Below are positions 42,260 to 57,340 of a stretch of 64,000 nucleotides of DNA, piece after piece. The stretch is from contig OX597824.1 in the NCBI GenBank assembly GCA_951406725.2, forward strand, positions 18,414,001 to 18,478,000. The letters are read 5' to 3'. The position numbers and the translations under genes were made by a program. How positions within the stretch are numbered: the first letter of the stretch is position 1; every line of letters begins with the position of its first letter. The stretch comes from Octopus vulgaris. Taxonomy: Eukaryota. The notes under the pieces were generated by a model. The model did not search any database and was not told where the DNA came from. It was given only the letters and a program-made list of their open reading frames with translations.

Positions 42260-42825
42260 TTGGGTTGTCCGGAAAGTTCGTGCCAATTTATAGTAGCTTA
42301 CGTTACGACTTATTTTAGAACATGATTGAGTCCATAAAATAAGATTTGACTACACCTCCATTTAGTGCACAGTTTAAGCTATTTTTTTGTAGAAGAAGGT
42401 TTCTGTTCCTACAACTTGTGTTAATTCTGTAACCCTTTAAAATAGAAGATAAGAAAGTTCATTTTCGGCACTTGATGCTTTGAGAACCACACAAAAATTG
42501 CTGCAGTTCGGCTGGCATGTGTTACCCCACCCTCCATATTCACCAGATATTGCTCCTTCGGATCTCTACTTATTCAGGTCTCTGCAGAATAGGCTTAATG
42601 TTAAAAATTTCAATTCCTTGGATGACGTAAAAAGATACCTTGATGAATTCTTTGCCATTGAAATACCTTAATTCTGGGAAGAGGGTATTTTCAAATTAAA
42701 GGAAAGATGGAGACGCACTGTGCAACAAAATGGTTTATATTCGGTTGATCAAACATGTAATGGCAAGTATTTATTGACCTCTTACTTTCCTTTAAAAATC
42801 GGCACGAACTTTCCGGACAACCCAA
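42260..42825 (+). mobile_element. Internally deleted mariner (same family)
   Basis: TIRs, TA TSD, LPHPPYSPDIAPSDLYLFRSLQN. Confidence 0.92.
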
Positions 42826-42832
42826 TATATGT

Positions 42833-43506
42833 GGCGTGAAGGTGCATAGATTAGTGATTATGGTCGCGAGTTTGATTCTTGGTGGTGTATTGTCTTCTTG
42901 AGCAAGACACTTTACTTCACATTGCTCCAGTCCAATCAGCTGACAAAAGTGTGTAGTAACTCTATTTCAAGGGGACTGGCTTGTCAGACTTTGTGTCACG
43001 CTGAATCTCCCTGTGAAATATGTGAAGGGGTACGCATGTCTGTGGAGTACTGAGCCACTTGCAGTATGTGAAGGGGTACGCGTGTCTGTGAAGTGCTCAG
43101 CCACTTGCAGTATGTGAAGGGGTACGCATGTCTGTGGAGTGCTCAGCCACTTGCAGTATGTGAGGGGGTACGCGTGTCTGTGGAGTGCTCAGCCATGTGC
43201 AGTATGTGAGGGGGTACGCGTATCTCTGGAGTGCTCAGCCACTTGCAGTATGTGAGGGGGTACGCGTGTCTGTGGAGTGCTCAGCCACTTGCAGTATGTG
43301 AAGGGGTACGCGTGTCTGTGGAGTGCTCAGCCGCTTGCAGTATATGAAGGGGTAAGCGTGTCTGTGGAGTGCTCAGCCACTTGCAGTATGTGAGGGGGTA
43401 CGCGTGTCTATGGAGTTCTCAGCCACTTGCACGTTAAGCTCACGAGCAAGCTGTTCCGTTGATCGGATCAACTGGAACCCTCGTCGTCGTAAGCGGCGTA
43501 GTGCCA
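42833..43506 (+). mobile_element. CORE-type SINE with family-C tail containing a minisatellite
   Basis: tRNA head, TTCTTGAGCAAGACACTT core, family-C tail. Confidence 0.75.
43019..43431. repeat. 46-bp minisatellite, 9 copies
   Basis: Unit TATGTGA(A/G)GGGGTACGCGTGTCTGTGGAGTGCTCAGCCACTTGCAG. Confidence 0.95.
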
Positions 43507-43694
43507 GCTTTATTCAGTCTCATAGATATAGTAGGAACTTAAGTGTACAACGTGAAACGTGTACAAACACATTATTATAAACGGCTGGACGTGAACGTCT
43601 TTTAAAACCTGCAGAATTCTCAAACATCTTGAATCCAGGAACAGATGAAAGAAAAGATTTAAAGAAAAGACCTGAAAGAAAAGACCTACGATAT

Positions 43695-44052
43695 AGGCGT
43701 AGGAGTGGCTTGCTTGCGAACTACATGGTTCCGGGTTCAGTCCTAATGCGTGGCACCTTAAGCAAGTGTCTTCTACTATAGCCTCGGGCCGACCAAAGAC
43801 TTGTGCGTGGATTTGGTAGATGGAAACAGAAAGAATCCCGTCGTATGTGTGTCTGTGTTTGTCCCCCAAACATCGCTTGAAAACCGATGCTGGTGTGTTT
43901 ACGTCCCTGTAACTTAGCGATTCGGCAATAGAGACCGATAGAATAAGTACTAGGCTTCCAAAGAATAAGTCCTGGGGTCGACTTGCTCGACTAAAGCCGG
44001 TACTCCAGCATGGCCACAATCAAATGACTGAAACAAGTAAAGAGTATAAGAG
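43695..44052 (+). mobile_element. SINE family A
   Basis: Match to family-A copies. Confidence 0.87.
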
Positions 44053-44199
44053 CATATCCATTCCGATGAAGAATAAGAACTGCATTGCATTATATGTACA
44101 TAGCTGACTTGACTTAGATTGATCCAAGAAATATTTCCACCTCTATGTACTCTGGACAATAAGGACTACATTATATACCTTTCTTATATTTGTCATTAT

Positions 44200-44650
44200 A
44201 TTATAAGGAGAGTACAGGAGGCGGTCGAAAAAGCCAACTTCTATATATGGCTGAAGCGAGAAGACCAAAAATGGCTTGAAAGTCATAACATGCCAGCGGA
44301 AAATAACATCAATAGGTGAGACGGACAGGTGACGGTCGTTTAGAGAATGCGTGGGCTAAGACTACGCGCCTTCATTGGTCAGTTAAAGTTGAGACAGTGT
44401 TATGTGACAACTTGCTGGAGCCTAGCAGCAGGTATTTAAAGGGAAAAAAATTGACAAGTCAGTCAGTCACCCGCTGACACTCATTGACGCTACATCGAAG
44501 AGGCCAGGTAACAGAAGAAAGAAGAAAGAAGACATGCACCCAACACCAGAGCTGAAGACACCTCCGAAGGGGGGGGGGGGGCGTCTTAAAGGGTAGAGGA
44601 GCAGGGGCCGAAACCGGACGTGGTTCCTCCTGATGATGTCTTGAGCTAAC
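44200..44650 (+). mobile_element. Possible HERO/NeSL-like (restriction-like endonuclease, RLE) retrotransposon 3' remnant
   Basis: IRRVQEAVEKANFYIWLKREDQKW resembles the HERO C-terminal AExxSxWxWLxR motif. Confidence 0.5.
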
Positions 44651-45104
44651 TGGATCCTATAAAAGAAACTGACCACGAAAGACGGTTGAAATTCCTTTCT
44701 CTGTAAATTAGAAATTTCACGTAATTTAAGCTGAATAGACCCTACATTCGTGACAACGCTGTTCTGATGCAACCCAGCTACATCGAAATATCAGCTATAT
44801 ACGAATGTTAATGTTTCTTTCAATACAATAAACTTTAATTAAAAGAGAGAAAATTTGATCGAATATATGTGTTAGAAAACAAAACACGTGACTTAAAACT
44901 TTTGCATGCGAAAATAAAATGAAATAAAATATAGATTCCTGGCTAATCGATCCCCTCCGTCGGCACCGTATTGAGTAACCAATCGACTCTCAAAATATAT
45001 ATATATATACATATACACGTATATATATATATATGTATATATATGTATATATATATGTATACATACATACATACATACATACACATATACATACATACAT
45101 ACAG

Positions 45105-45137
<33 letters not shown>

Positions 45138-45326
45138 TAAATACATATACATACACTCATATATATACATATATCCCACTAATCTACTATGATCTATATA
45201 TGTACATACATATATACACGCACAAATATATATATATATATACAGACATATATATATATACACATATATATAAATACATATATATGTACATATATATACA
45301 TATATATATGTATATATATATATTTA

Positions 45327-45372
<46 letters not shown>

Positions 45373-45403
45373 ACTATATTATGTGTGATATATATATATA
45401 TAC

Positions 45404-45446
<43 letters not shown>

Positions 45447-46213
45447 GTATATTATCTGTGCTTGTGTGTATACACGTCTATAAATGTCTGGGTATACTTT
45501 TGTGTACTTACCTACGTAGGTCTCTGGTTATATATATATATATGTACGTTCACAAACATACATATGCGCTTAAGTATACTATACAGACCAACTTATTGTC
45601 ATATACACACATGAATCCGTGTGAGTACAGGAGTCTGAATGACCGTCATTGTATCCACATAGGAAGCGAGATTCGGAATGCCATATCAGTAATATTCTCG
45701 TTTGTTTTACATAACTTAAAATATTAAATGGCAGTAAGTGGATCGATTTGAGAATAGACTGATACAGAAAGAGAATGTATATCCTGCCAGTTGAAAGAAT
45801 ATAGCGTTTTATTTTTTTTTTAACACCCTCCATTTACATCGAATTCAGTTCAGTTCGGTGATGAATAGACTATTTTTCATTTTTTTTTTAAATTTCATTT
45901 TTGCTATATTTTGTGGGGGATTCATATCTAAGTTAGGTGGTTAATTTCATACGTCCTACGTCCACCTATGTATTATTTAATGCTTTGTGCTTGGTTATTC
46001 ATAGAATCGTGGATTTATCCTGCATCCGTGTATGCATATGCATAGACTAACGCACACAAACATATAAATAGGTCTTACATATACATGTATATATGTATAG
46101 GTGTATATATATATATATATTTAGGTGTGTATATATATATATTGCTAGTGTCTTATGCTTATCTATTTCTCTATCAATCTGTATTCTTCTTCGTCTCTTT
46201 GCCTATATATATA

Positions 46214-46259
<46 letters not shown>

Positions 46260-46300
46260 ATATATGCATGTATATATATATATATATATATACACATACA

Positions 46301-46402
<102 letters not shown>

Positions 46403-47121
46403 TGTATGTATGTATGTATGTATGTATGTATGTATATTTACACATCTGCATGCTTGCCAAGGTATTAAATTCCGTGTAATATTCCATATTTTGAATTCAT
46501 GCTGAGAATCATAAAATTTAAAAGAACAAACATATTTTCGGGTAAAATTTTAAAATGTCCTTCAATGCCTAAATTTTTTTCACGTTCGATTTAAGTAGTA
46601 AATGCATATTACTTGTTTAGAATTAACATTCAAATAAGTGTTCAATAATCGCAGTTTAAAATTTCTTGTAGCTTGTGAGTTAGGTGTTCTGTCTTGTAAA
46701 TCCTGAGAGTTCTTCATGTTTAGCTTCGATTCTGAGATAATAGTGATGAGAAGTGAGAGAATAACGTGCTATCTCTATATATTTATTCTTTATCGTATTT
46801 ACTAAACTAAGGACAACATTATGGCTCTGTGCCTTTTATTTATTGGCATTTTATTTGAGAATGCTGTGGCTGACATCTCGAGCCATCAGGCAGAATATCA
46901 CTCTTTTACCTCTATTTCGTTCTGGTGAATGTAAATATACATGTTTGAGTGTATGTATGCATATAAGCGAGTATATATACGTAAGGGAAGGACCGTGTGT
47001 GTGTGCTTGTATGTGTGTGCGTGGATGTATGCATGCATATGTATATGTATGAACATATATTGTACACACATATATATATAAATATATATATATATACATA
47101 TATATACACAGATAGATAGAC

Positions 47122-47204
<83 letters not shown>

Positions 47205-47227
47205 CAGACAGATAGATAGAGAGAGAG

Positions 47228-47318
<91 letters not shown>

Positions 47319-47404
47319 AAGAAAAAGGATCCAGTAATCCAGGCCTATACTCAAGGCAGGATACCTGCGAACACGGGCAAATGGAATGTGTGGAAAGTTT
47401 TGGT

Positions 47405-47771
47405 ATGCTTTGGGAGTTTTCTTTCGACGAGGAGGTTTTTCCATCTTTCTCAAACGCTGTCATTACTTTCGAGACAGTACTTCTTGATACACCAAGCATT
47501 TCGGCTGTTTTCATTACGCTAGCGCCTGCCATACGGGCACCGACAATTTGACCTCTTTGAGAAACCAATAGATCTGTCATTTTAATGAATTTTAATTACA
47601 TTTTTCTGATGATATCTGAAAAGATACAACAATTTTAGTAAAACATATTAAGCAACACTAATTATGAATAAAATAAAACATAAAAATATACTAGCTTTTG
47701 ACGCTTTTATAGATATTTCAAAATTATTATGCTATGATGCTAGATGTTTTCATTATTTTGTCTAACCCCTA
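47405..47771 (-). mobile_element. Tc1-like transposon 5' remnant
   Basis: TIR-like AGGGGTTAGACAAAATAATGAAAACA; HTH N-terminus QRGQIVGARMAGASV.KTAEMLGVSRSTVSKVM. Confidence 0.85.
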
Positions 47772-47773
47772 TA

Positions 47774-47935
47774 TATATAGCTGAAGGATTAAAATTAATC
47801 AAAGGACATACTAGGTATGTTTACTCGCTGGAAATAACAATCAAAACTCTTATAAACAAGAGTTTTGACTGTTATGTACAGCAGGTAGACATAATTAGTA
47901 TGTCCTTTGATTAATTTTAATCCTTCAGCTATATA
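47774..47935. repeat. 160-bp palindrome at TA repeats (a second short one at 47969-48030)
   Basis: TATATAGCTGAAGGATTAAAATTAATCAAAGGACATACTA and its reverse complement. Confidence 0.9.
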
Positions 47936-48075
47936 ATGCTTTTTTTTTTTGGACCTGCAATCGCCTATATCATTGATTCTGTTATTATCATTTTTAAACT
48001 GTTACACTAGATAATAACAGAGTCAATGGTGTCTTCGCAATTAATTTTTCCGTGAATTATTTGCACCGTATTGAA

Positions 48076-48144
<69 letters not shown>

Positions 48145-49643
48145 CATGTGTGTATGTATGTATGTATGTGTTTGTGTGTGTGTATCTATATGTATTTGTG
48201 TACTTATGTGTGCGACACTCTAAGGGCTTGTAAAAATCAAAGATCCTCTGTCTAATAAACACATACATACTCCCTATTAGATACTGAGTTCTGTTCCTCT
48301 TCTTTATGAAACCAAACTTATTCGTGGACACACGTGTACACAGACGTGTGCACACGTATATGTCACGTGCAATTGTGTCTATTATAGCAACAGCTGACAG
48401 ACAACTCTGGCTGGATTGTTCAGGAATGCCATGAGAAGCAGAGACGTTGAAGACATCAGGGGACTGCAATCTCTTTTACTTTGGCGATGCTGGTGACGTC
48501 TCTCTCTGTCTCTCTCTCTCCCTTTGTCTCTGTCTGTTTGTCTCTCTCCCTCTCAAATCATCAGCCGTGTCACGCACAACACACGTTAACATCCCAGTAA
48601 GATGCAAATAAAGTCTGTCCGTTTCTAAATGCAAAGAAGATTGAATATGTGACCACCAATGAGGATGAAAGCCTGTCTGTTTTAGCGAGAACACATGATT
48701 CAAACAACCTATACCATGAAGTATCTTGGTTTCTAATAACATGTTTTAAAACCACAAAGTATTTTAAATTCCGTATAAGTTGCTTTCTTTTGAGCATGTG
48801 AACAAACCGTTCCACCCCCATGGAGCCGAAACACGGAATATGAAGATGCTTACAGTTTGGCTGAATAGTACAGGAACCAGGTTTCACGTGAAGGCTTAAA
48901 ACATCACATGGAGTGAGTACAAGGATAAAGAGGAAAATAGTGGACAAATCGTACCCATATCTATGGCTTCACATTTAGACACAAGACCAATAATAAGTCG
49001 ATTCATTTGATGTCATGCTCGTCTGGTTGTTATTTTATCAGCCCCGAAAAAAATGGAAGGGTAAATTGGCATCGGTGGAATTTGAACTCTGAACATTAAG
49101 ACTTACAAAATGCTGGTAAGCATTTTGCCTGGCTCGCTACCTGCAATACCAGTTCTCAGCGTTACGCATATCTTACATTATTGCTCAAAGCATGGTAGGC
49201 TTTGTTACTGGAAGTTAATCACTACATGCAATTCAACACCTACCGAAAAGATTACTGGCCTAGTACTGTGGGACATATCTCGGAGGCAGGTGATTGAGGA
49301 ATGTATATCAGTTTATATAGTATAGCATGTATAAATACACATGTACTTATGTGAATGTGTGTGTGTATAATTTTCATATATATATCTCGCTTTGTCTCTG
49401 CCTTTCTCTCTTGCACTTCCTCTTTCTATCTTTCTTTCTTTCTTTCCCTCTCCATATATATATTTATATTTATTTATACATATTGTACTTATTGTATCAT
49501 ATTACTCATTGATGTGCACTGTTTTGTTCTGTACTATTATGTTTGACCTTGATGTTCATATGTAGTTGGTTAATAAATTATGTGAATGGGTATTATCTGG
49601 TAGTTGATTATTGATTAAGGTGTATTTCTCCATTTTCGTATTT

Positions 49644-49722
<79 letters not shown>

Positions 49723-49725
<3 letters not shown>

Positions 49726-49918
49726 AGGTTAGCCAGATTGGAGCAATCTCAAAATTAATCTGCAGAGATTGCGAGGATGATCCGGTTCTTGACTGAGGAT
49801 AGAAAGCCTCGAATGACCCGTCCTTTTTTTTTTGTATCGACTATCTGGATGTTTAGTTGTCCCTTTTTGTATCACCTAGTTGTCCGGATGTTTTGCGTTC
49901 TTGTCCCATTTTGTATTA
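49723..49918 (+). repeat. Microsatellite-embedded interspersed repeat (second copy about 40380-40540, minus)
   Basis: Shared TGTTTTGCGTTCTTGTCCCATTTTGTATT end and GGAGC.ATCTCAA.ATTAATC segment. Confidence 0.7.
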
Positions 49919-50292
49919 TATATATATACACACAGAGACAGAGAGAAATCACACGTGCAGAATAACAGAAAAAGATATATATGGATACAAAGGCAAATAC
50001 ATATAAATTTATAATATATAATATATAGTATATAATATATGTATGTATTTATGTTTGTATATAAGTATGTATGTATAAACGTGTGTGTGGTAAGGCTTCA
50101 GCAAGTAGAATGTCATTCGATTAGCAGACAGTAAAAATAATCTTATTATAATAAAAACCACATGACTTGTGAAATAGAGATTTCCTGGTCAAAATACTAA
50201 TATATTTCGCCACTTTACAAGCTAATAAAAACAACAACAGCGACCCCCATATGTATATATATAGACATATATATATATATATTTATTTTTTA

Positions 50293-50363
<71 letters not shown>

Positions 50364-50606
50364 TATGCATATATAATATATATATACATACATACATATA
50401 TATGTATATATATATTATATTCATATATGCATATGTACATACAAATGTGCACATACCTACATATATATGTATATACATATACATATATGAGTACAGGACG
50501 TCACAGAACGTACACAACATGAAATACGAAAACATGGAATACGAACATTTTTGCGAACTACGAAAGAAACAAACGGCAGAGAAGACAAGCAACATAAAGA
50601 ACCACC

Positions 50607-50670
<64 letters not shown>

Positions 50671-50705
50671 GCATATACATGTATATACACACATATATAC
50701 GTCTT

Positions 50706-50739
<34 letters not shown>

Positions 50740-50745
50740 TGTATG

Positions 50746-50781
<36 letters not shown>

Positions 50782-51476
50782 CACGCACATGTATTCACTT
50801 GTGCCTATGTAATGAGTGGTGCGTGAAGGTACGTTTTTGTTACGCTTATGAGTATGAATGTGTCTGTATTAGTTATTTGAGTGTAAGACAGTGTGTATAA
50901 TGTGTGTATATGAACGAGCTGGTGGGCAATTGTGTCTCTGAACATTGTTAATACGCATGTTTTCATGTAGAATCATATGCGTGTGCGCTTGTGTGTGTTT
51001 GTGTGTTTGCGATTGTGTATATATGTACGTGTGTGTGTACCCTCGTTTGTGTATAAGTGCATGAGTGTATGAAAATCTGAATGTGTGCCTTAGCATGTAT
51101 TTGTATAAAGAATAATGATTGCAGACAATACATAGGAAATGACTGATTCGTTTTGCCAATGTATTGTGTTGAGTCTACCGTGATGTGTACATTGTACAAG
51201 ACGCAGATAGGAAGTGTGTGTATGTTTGTGAGAAAAAGTGGAGTATAGATAGATAAATAGAGCGAGAGAAAGAGAGCAGAGAGAAACAAACAGGCAGGCA
51301 GATAGAGACACTGATTGAGAGATAGATAGTCAAATAGATAGTTAGATAAATTGATAGATATATAGATACATACATACATACATACATAGGTAAGTAGATA
51401 GACAGTTATAGATAGAGAGAGAGAGAAGACAAATATAGACAGATAGACAGATAGATAGATATCTAGATAGATAGAA

Positions 51477-51539
<63 letters not shown>

Positions 51540-51540
51540 T

Positions 51541-51571
<31 letters not shown>

Positions 51572-51848
51572 CACAGATAGATAGATAGATACACACATAC
51601 ATACATACATACATACATACATACATACATACATACATACATACATACATACATACATACATAGGTAGGTAAGTAGATAGAGAGATAGATGGACAGACAG
51701 ACATATATAGAGAGAGGGGGGAGAGAGAGAGGCACACGGACAGACAGGCACACAGACAGACATGCAGACAGACAGACAAATAGACAGACAGTTAGACAGA
51801 TAGATGGAAAGAGAGAGAGGAGGTGTCAGACAGACAGACAGACAGATG

Positions 51849-52158
<310 letters not shown>

Positions 52159-52437
52159 ATTAGGGAGATAAAAAAATAGAGATGTGTGTATGTAATGATA
52201 CTTCCTTGTGCTGATTTGTGTTGATATTTTCTGCTGTTCAGTGATTGGAATGGTCGATCGGACTATAGAATGGCACAGTTGTTCTTAGACAAAAGTTTGC
52301 TGTTGCATAAATGCGAATACAGTTGTACGACATTCTGATTTTTCTTTTTCTTTTGTGTGTGTCGTTTTTTTTTTTTTTTTTTTTGCATGCGTGTGTATGT
52401 GTACTTGTTTATTGAATATATTAACATAAAAAAAAAA

Positions 52438-52564
<127 letters not shown>

Positions 52565-52627
52565 GTAATAATAATAATGATAATAATAATAATAATAATA
52601 ATAGTAATGATAATAATAATAATAATA

Positions 52628-52673
<46 letters not shown>

Positions 52674-53197
52674 TACGTTTTTCAACCAATAACAACCACG
52701 CCCCAGATAACCATCATAGGAATACTAATAAATAGAAGAAAAAGATACGGAAGAAGCAGGCGGAGAAGAAGAAGAAGAAGAAGAAGAAGAAGAAGAAGAA
52801 GAAGAAGAAGAAGAAGAAGAAGAAGAAAAAGAAGAAGAAGAAGAAGAAGTAGTAGTAGAAGAAAACAACAACCACAACAACAGCAACAATGATGGCTACG
52901 ACGTCGCCGACAGCAACAACAAGACTGCGACCACGCCACTACGATGATGACGACGACTATGACAGTGACAATGATGATGTTGATGATGATGAATTTTGTT
53001 GTTGATGCAATGAAGAGGCAAGAAACCGAGAGGAAGTATGGAGGAAATTGCGGCGGAAAAAGATAGCGCATCGAAAGAAAGAAATTGAAAAAAAAAAAAA
53101 AATAATAATAATAATAATGATGATGATAATAATAATAGTAGTAGTAGTAGTGGTAGTAGTAATAATAATAATAATAATGATAATAATAATAATAATG

Positions 53198-53298
<101 letters not shown>

Positions 53299-53980
53299 GA
53301 AAATAAACAAATATAAGGAAGAAAATACAAACAATTAAAAGAAACTAATGAAAACAAGAAAACGAAAGAAATATAAAGAGAAAGGGACAAGAAAGAACTC
53401 CTTGGTTGCCTCCTGTGTCATCCCTTATCTGTTGACAATGATCTTAGTGAGTTAATGATAATAGGCCTGAGTTTTAAGCAGTGGGTTTATCAAAAGGAAT
53501 TTTGAAAAACAATTAACTCCTTTCATTTCTGTTCTGACTAAAGAATGTTTTACAACTCATTTGTACTCCTGACAGGGGCCTACAGCTCAGACGTACTCTT
53601 AAAATTTGCTGTGCTATTCACCTTTAGTCATCAAAATTGTTTTTTCTTTCTATGTTTGTTGTTTGTTTCTAGCTTTCAAGAAGGTTTTCAATTTGCCCCC
53701 TTCTCCATACGTGTACACAAAGTTCTTTGGCTTATGCAGTTTGCCCCTATTTCATAAGGTACATTATTTCCCTTTTTGAATTTTTATTTATTTTTTTTTT
53801 TTGTTATTTATTTGTATGTTCTTAATTTTTAGGGGATTGGCGCAGTTTATTTTTTATTATTTCTTCTATCACTGTGTTTATATTTTTTTTCCTCAAAAAG
53901 TTTTATACAAATAAATATATACGTGTGCGTGTATCTGTGTGTGTGAGAAAGTACGTTTGTGGGTTTATGGCTGCGTATGT

Positions 53981-54059
<79 letters not shown>

Positions 54060-54064
54060 TATCC

Positions 54065-54136
<72 letters not shown>

Positions 54137-54151
54137 TACATATATATATAT

Positions 54152-54186
<35 letters not shown>

Positions 54187-54357
54187 ATTATTCATATATA
54201 TACATATATATTATTAGGTGTTATACACGCGTGTGAGTGTGCTTGTATTTATTAGGTACTAAAAATTCTCTTTCTTCTTCTGTCCTTTATTTTATCTTCA
54301 TTTTCTTTTTCACTTACATTACAAAACTAAAAGGCAATAAATAAATAGATATATGAA

Positions 54358-54400
<43 letters not shown>

Positions 54401-54894
54401 GAGTCCTGATTGTCTTAAAGAGAAAATGAACACATCTTAAATAAATAATCAAATGGAAAAATAAAGATAGTTTTACGTCTGTTGAAGCTACCCATCTCTT
54501 TGGCTAAAATGCTTAGCATTGTTTTGTTCTTTCTGGTTAATCTTTCCTCACTAGCTCTACCATCCAAATAGCAGAATCAATATTATCACCATCATATCAC
54601 CGTTCTTCTATAGAAGTTATTTTGTAAATTAAACTCACCCTTTGTTATCAGTTCATTCACTCGATTCTCAACTTGTTTAATCACCGCCATCTTTTGTTCT
54701 CCGGAGTTTGTGTATGCGCGTATGTGTGTATATGCATGCATATATATATATATATATATATATATGTTTGCGCTTGTGTGTATAGATGTATATGTATGCA
54801 TTTATATATATGAATATATGTATGTATATATGTATGTGTATATATATCTATATGAATATATTGTATGTATATAGGGTTATGTGTGTATATATGC

Positions 54895-54944
<50 letters not shown>

Positions 54945-55783
54945 TTATAGATACATGGATAAAGAGCAAGAGAGATACAGATAGATAGATACATACATAC
55001 ATACATACATACATACACATGTGCATACACATACACACGTATATACATACATTTATACATATATACACACACACGCACACAACCTTCTACTCAACTGACT
55101 CTTTTTAGTCAAGTTTATTTTTGATTTATCCTCCATTTTTTACGTCTCTTTTACCTCAATTTCTTATTTCCTGTTCTGCTTTTTATTTCATTTCTTAAAA
55201 TTTTCCACTAGATTTTTTTTCTCATCGCAATTTATTACGAATTCTTTTGTGTTTTGTTTTGTTTTGTTTTGTTTTGTTTTGCTTTTTCCTATATTATTGT
55301 TGCTTCAGTTACCATTCTATTTTATTTCGTCATACAGTTTACTGTTTTATTCTTAAACAAACATTATCGTTGTCATCGTCATGCTGCTTTTCACTGAAGT
55401 GAAATTTGAAAAGAAACTGTGCCAAGTTCTTTGTAGAAACAACGACGACAACACCAACAACAAAAATAACAACAAAAGTATAAAAAAACCCGAATGTGTC
55501 ACCCTCTTAATGAAGGAATGATTCCAGAAAAGGGCTCTCAATAGAATGTCGGTTTTCAATAGTCGAAGCTTTTACATTTTTTCTAGACCATAAAAATGTG
55601 TTATCCTTCTTCCTTTTTTTTTTCTTTGCACTTATTTATTTTAAAGGTTCATATACATATACACGCACAGGGACCCACACACATATATACGTTCTCACCT
55701 CAAACAAATCCACAGATATACGTACGAAAGAAACAAAAACTATGATGATAATAAAGACATCAAGTGTTAGAATAAAATGAAGC

Positions 55784-55874
<91 letters not shown>

Positions 55875-55965
55875 CACGTACACATTTACGCACTCACGCA
55901 CAACTTGCATTGATAGAGACAATAATAACCACCGAGAGAGAGGGGAGAGATGATGTGTGTGTGTG

Positions 55966-55996
<31 letters not shown>

Positions 55997-56551
55997 GTGA
56001 GTGTGCATGTGTGTGCATGTGTGGCAGAGAGACAGATAGAAGAGTGGAGAGTGCTGTGTTGATAGAAGTGTGGAGAGAAAGAGGTGGCGAGTAAGGTGAA
56101 GAAAGACGTGGAGAGTGAGATTAATTTTGTATTGTAAAGCAATCACTAAGCTATGTGTGCAGTCCTTTCTGAATGACACAGCATCAAATGGAAATTTTGC
56201 TATTTCCTGCCAACGTTTTACCACAAAATACACTATCTTGAACAAAACGCTTCCGATCTATATCAAAGATAATTCCTTACACTCACTTAACTTCTTGAAT
56301 AGCCGGAAAGTCAACATTCTGAAATGGTTTGCCAAGAAGCATGCTGTTATTGTGAAAATATAGTTAAGTATTTTATATAACCTGAACAATATCACCCATC
56401 GACATCACTATCTCGCTAGAAATTGGTCCAAAAGAAATCATTAAGTAAATGGAAATAAAACAATAAAAAGAAGAGATCTTTTCTTCAGTGTTAGCAGTAA
56501 CTTTTCCAAATGTATCAGTGTGTCTCTGCCTTCGTTCATCATTAGCAAGTT

Positions 56552-57340
56552 CCTATTTCTTTACTACCCACAATGGGCTAAACACAGACAGGACAAACAA
56601 GGACAGACAAACGGATTAAGTCGATTAAATCGACCCCAGTGCGTAACTGGTACTTATTTAATCGACCCCGAAAGGATGAAAGGCAAAGTCGACCTCGGCA
56701 GAATTTGAACTCAAAACATAGCGGTAGACGAAATACCTATTTCTTTACTACCCACAAGGGGCTAAACACAGAGGGGACAAACAAGGACAGACAAACGGGT
56801 TAAGTCGATTATATCGACCCCCAGTGCGTAACTGGTACTTATTTAATCGACCCCGAAAGGATGAAAGGCAAAGTCGACCTCGGCGGAATTTGAACTCAAA
56901 ACGTAGCGGTAGACGAAATACCTATTTCTTTACTACCCACAAGGGGCTAAACACAGAGGGGACAAACAAGGACAGACAAACGGATTAAGTCGATTAAATC
57001 GACCCCAGTGCGTAACTGGTACTTATTTAATCGACCCCGAAAGGATGAAAGGCAAAGTCGACCTCGGCAGAATTTGAACTCAAAACGTAGCGGTAGACGA
57101 AATACCTATTTCTTTACTACCCACAAGGGGCTAAACACAGAGGGGACAAACAAGGACAGACAAACGGATTAAGTCGATTATATCGACCCCCAGTGCGTAA
57201 CTGGTACTTATTTAATCGACCCCGAAAGGATGAATGGCAAAGTCGACCTTGGCGGAATTTGAACTCAGAACGTAACAGCAGACGAAATACTGCAAAGCAT
57301 TTCGTCCGGCGTGCTAACGTTTCAGCCAGCGCGCCGCCTT
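56552..57340 (-). mobile_element. SINE family B, head plus four tandem 184-185 bp units
   Basis: Units start at 56552, 56736, 56921 and 57105; single head at about 57290-57340; TSD-like TTAGCAAGTT on both flanks. Confidence 0.92.

Noticed and set aside
43019-43431. CRISPR-like regular array
   Set aside because: No unique spacers; it is a tandem repeat of SINE sequence in eukaryotic DNA.
48570-48947. 125-aa ORF with hydrophobic N-terminus
   Set aside because: Non-ATG start, no recognisable domain, weak splice acceptor.
56542-56551. TTAGCAAG shared between this SINE-B TSD and the Tx1 TSD, suggesting a common target
   Set aside because: The offset to the junction differs and other SINE-B TSDs (2455, 28414) lack it; probably chance.
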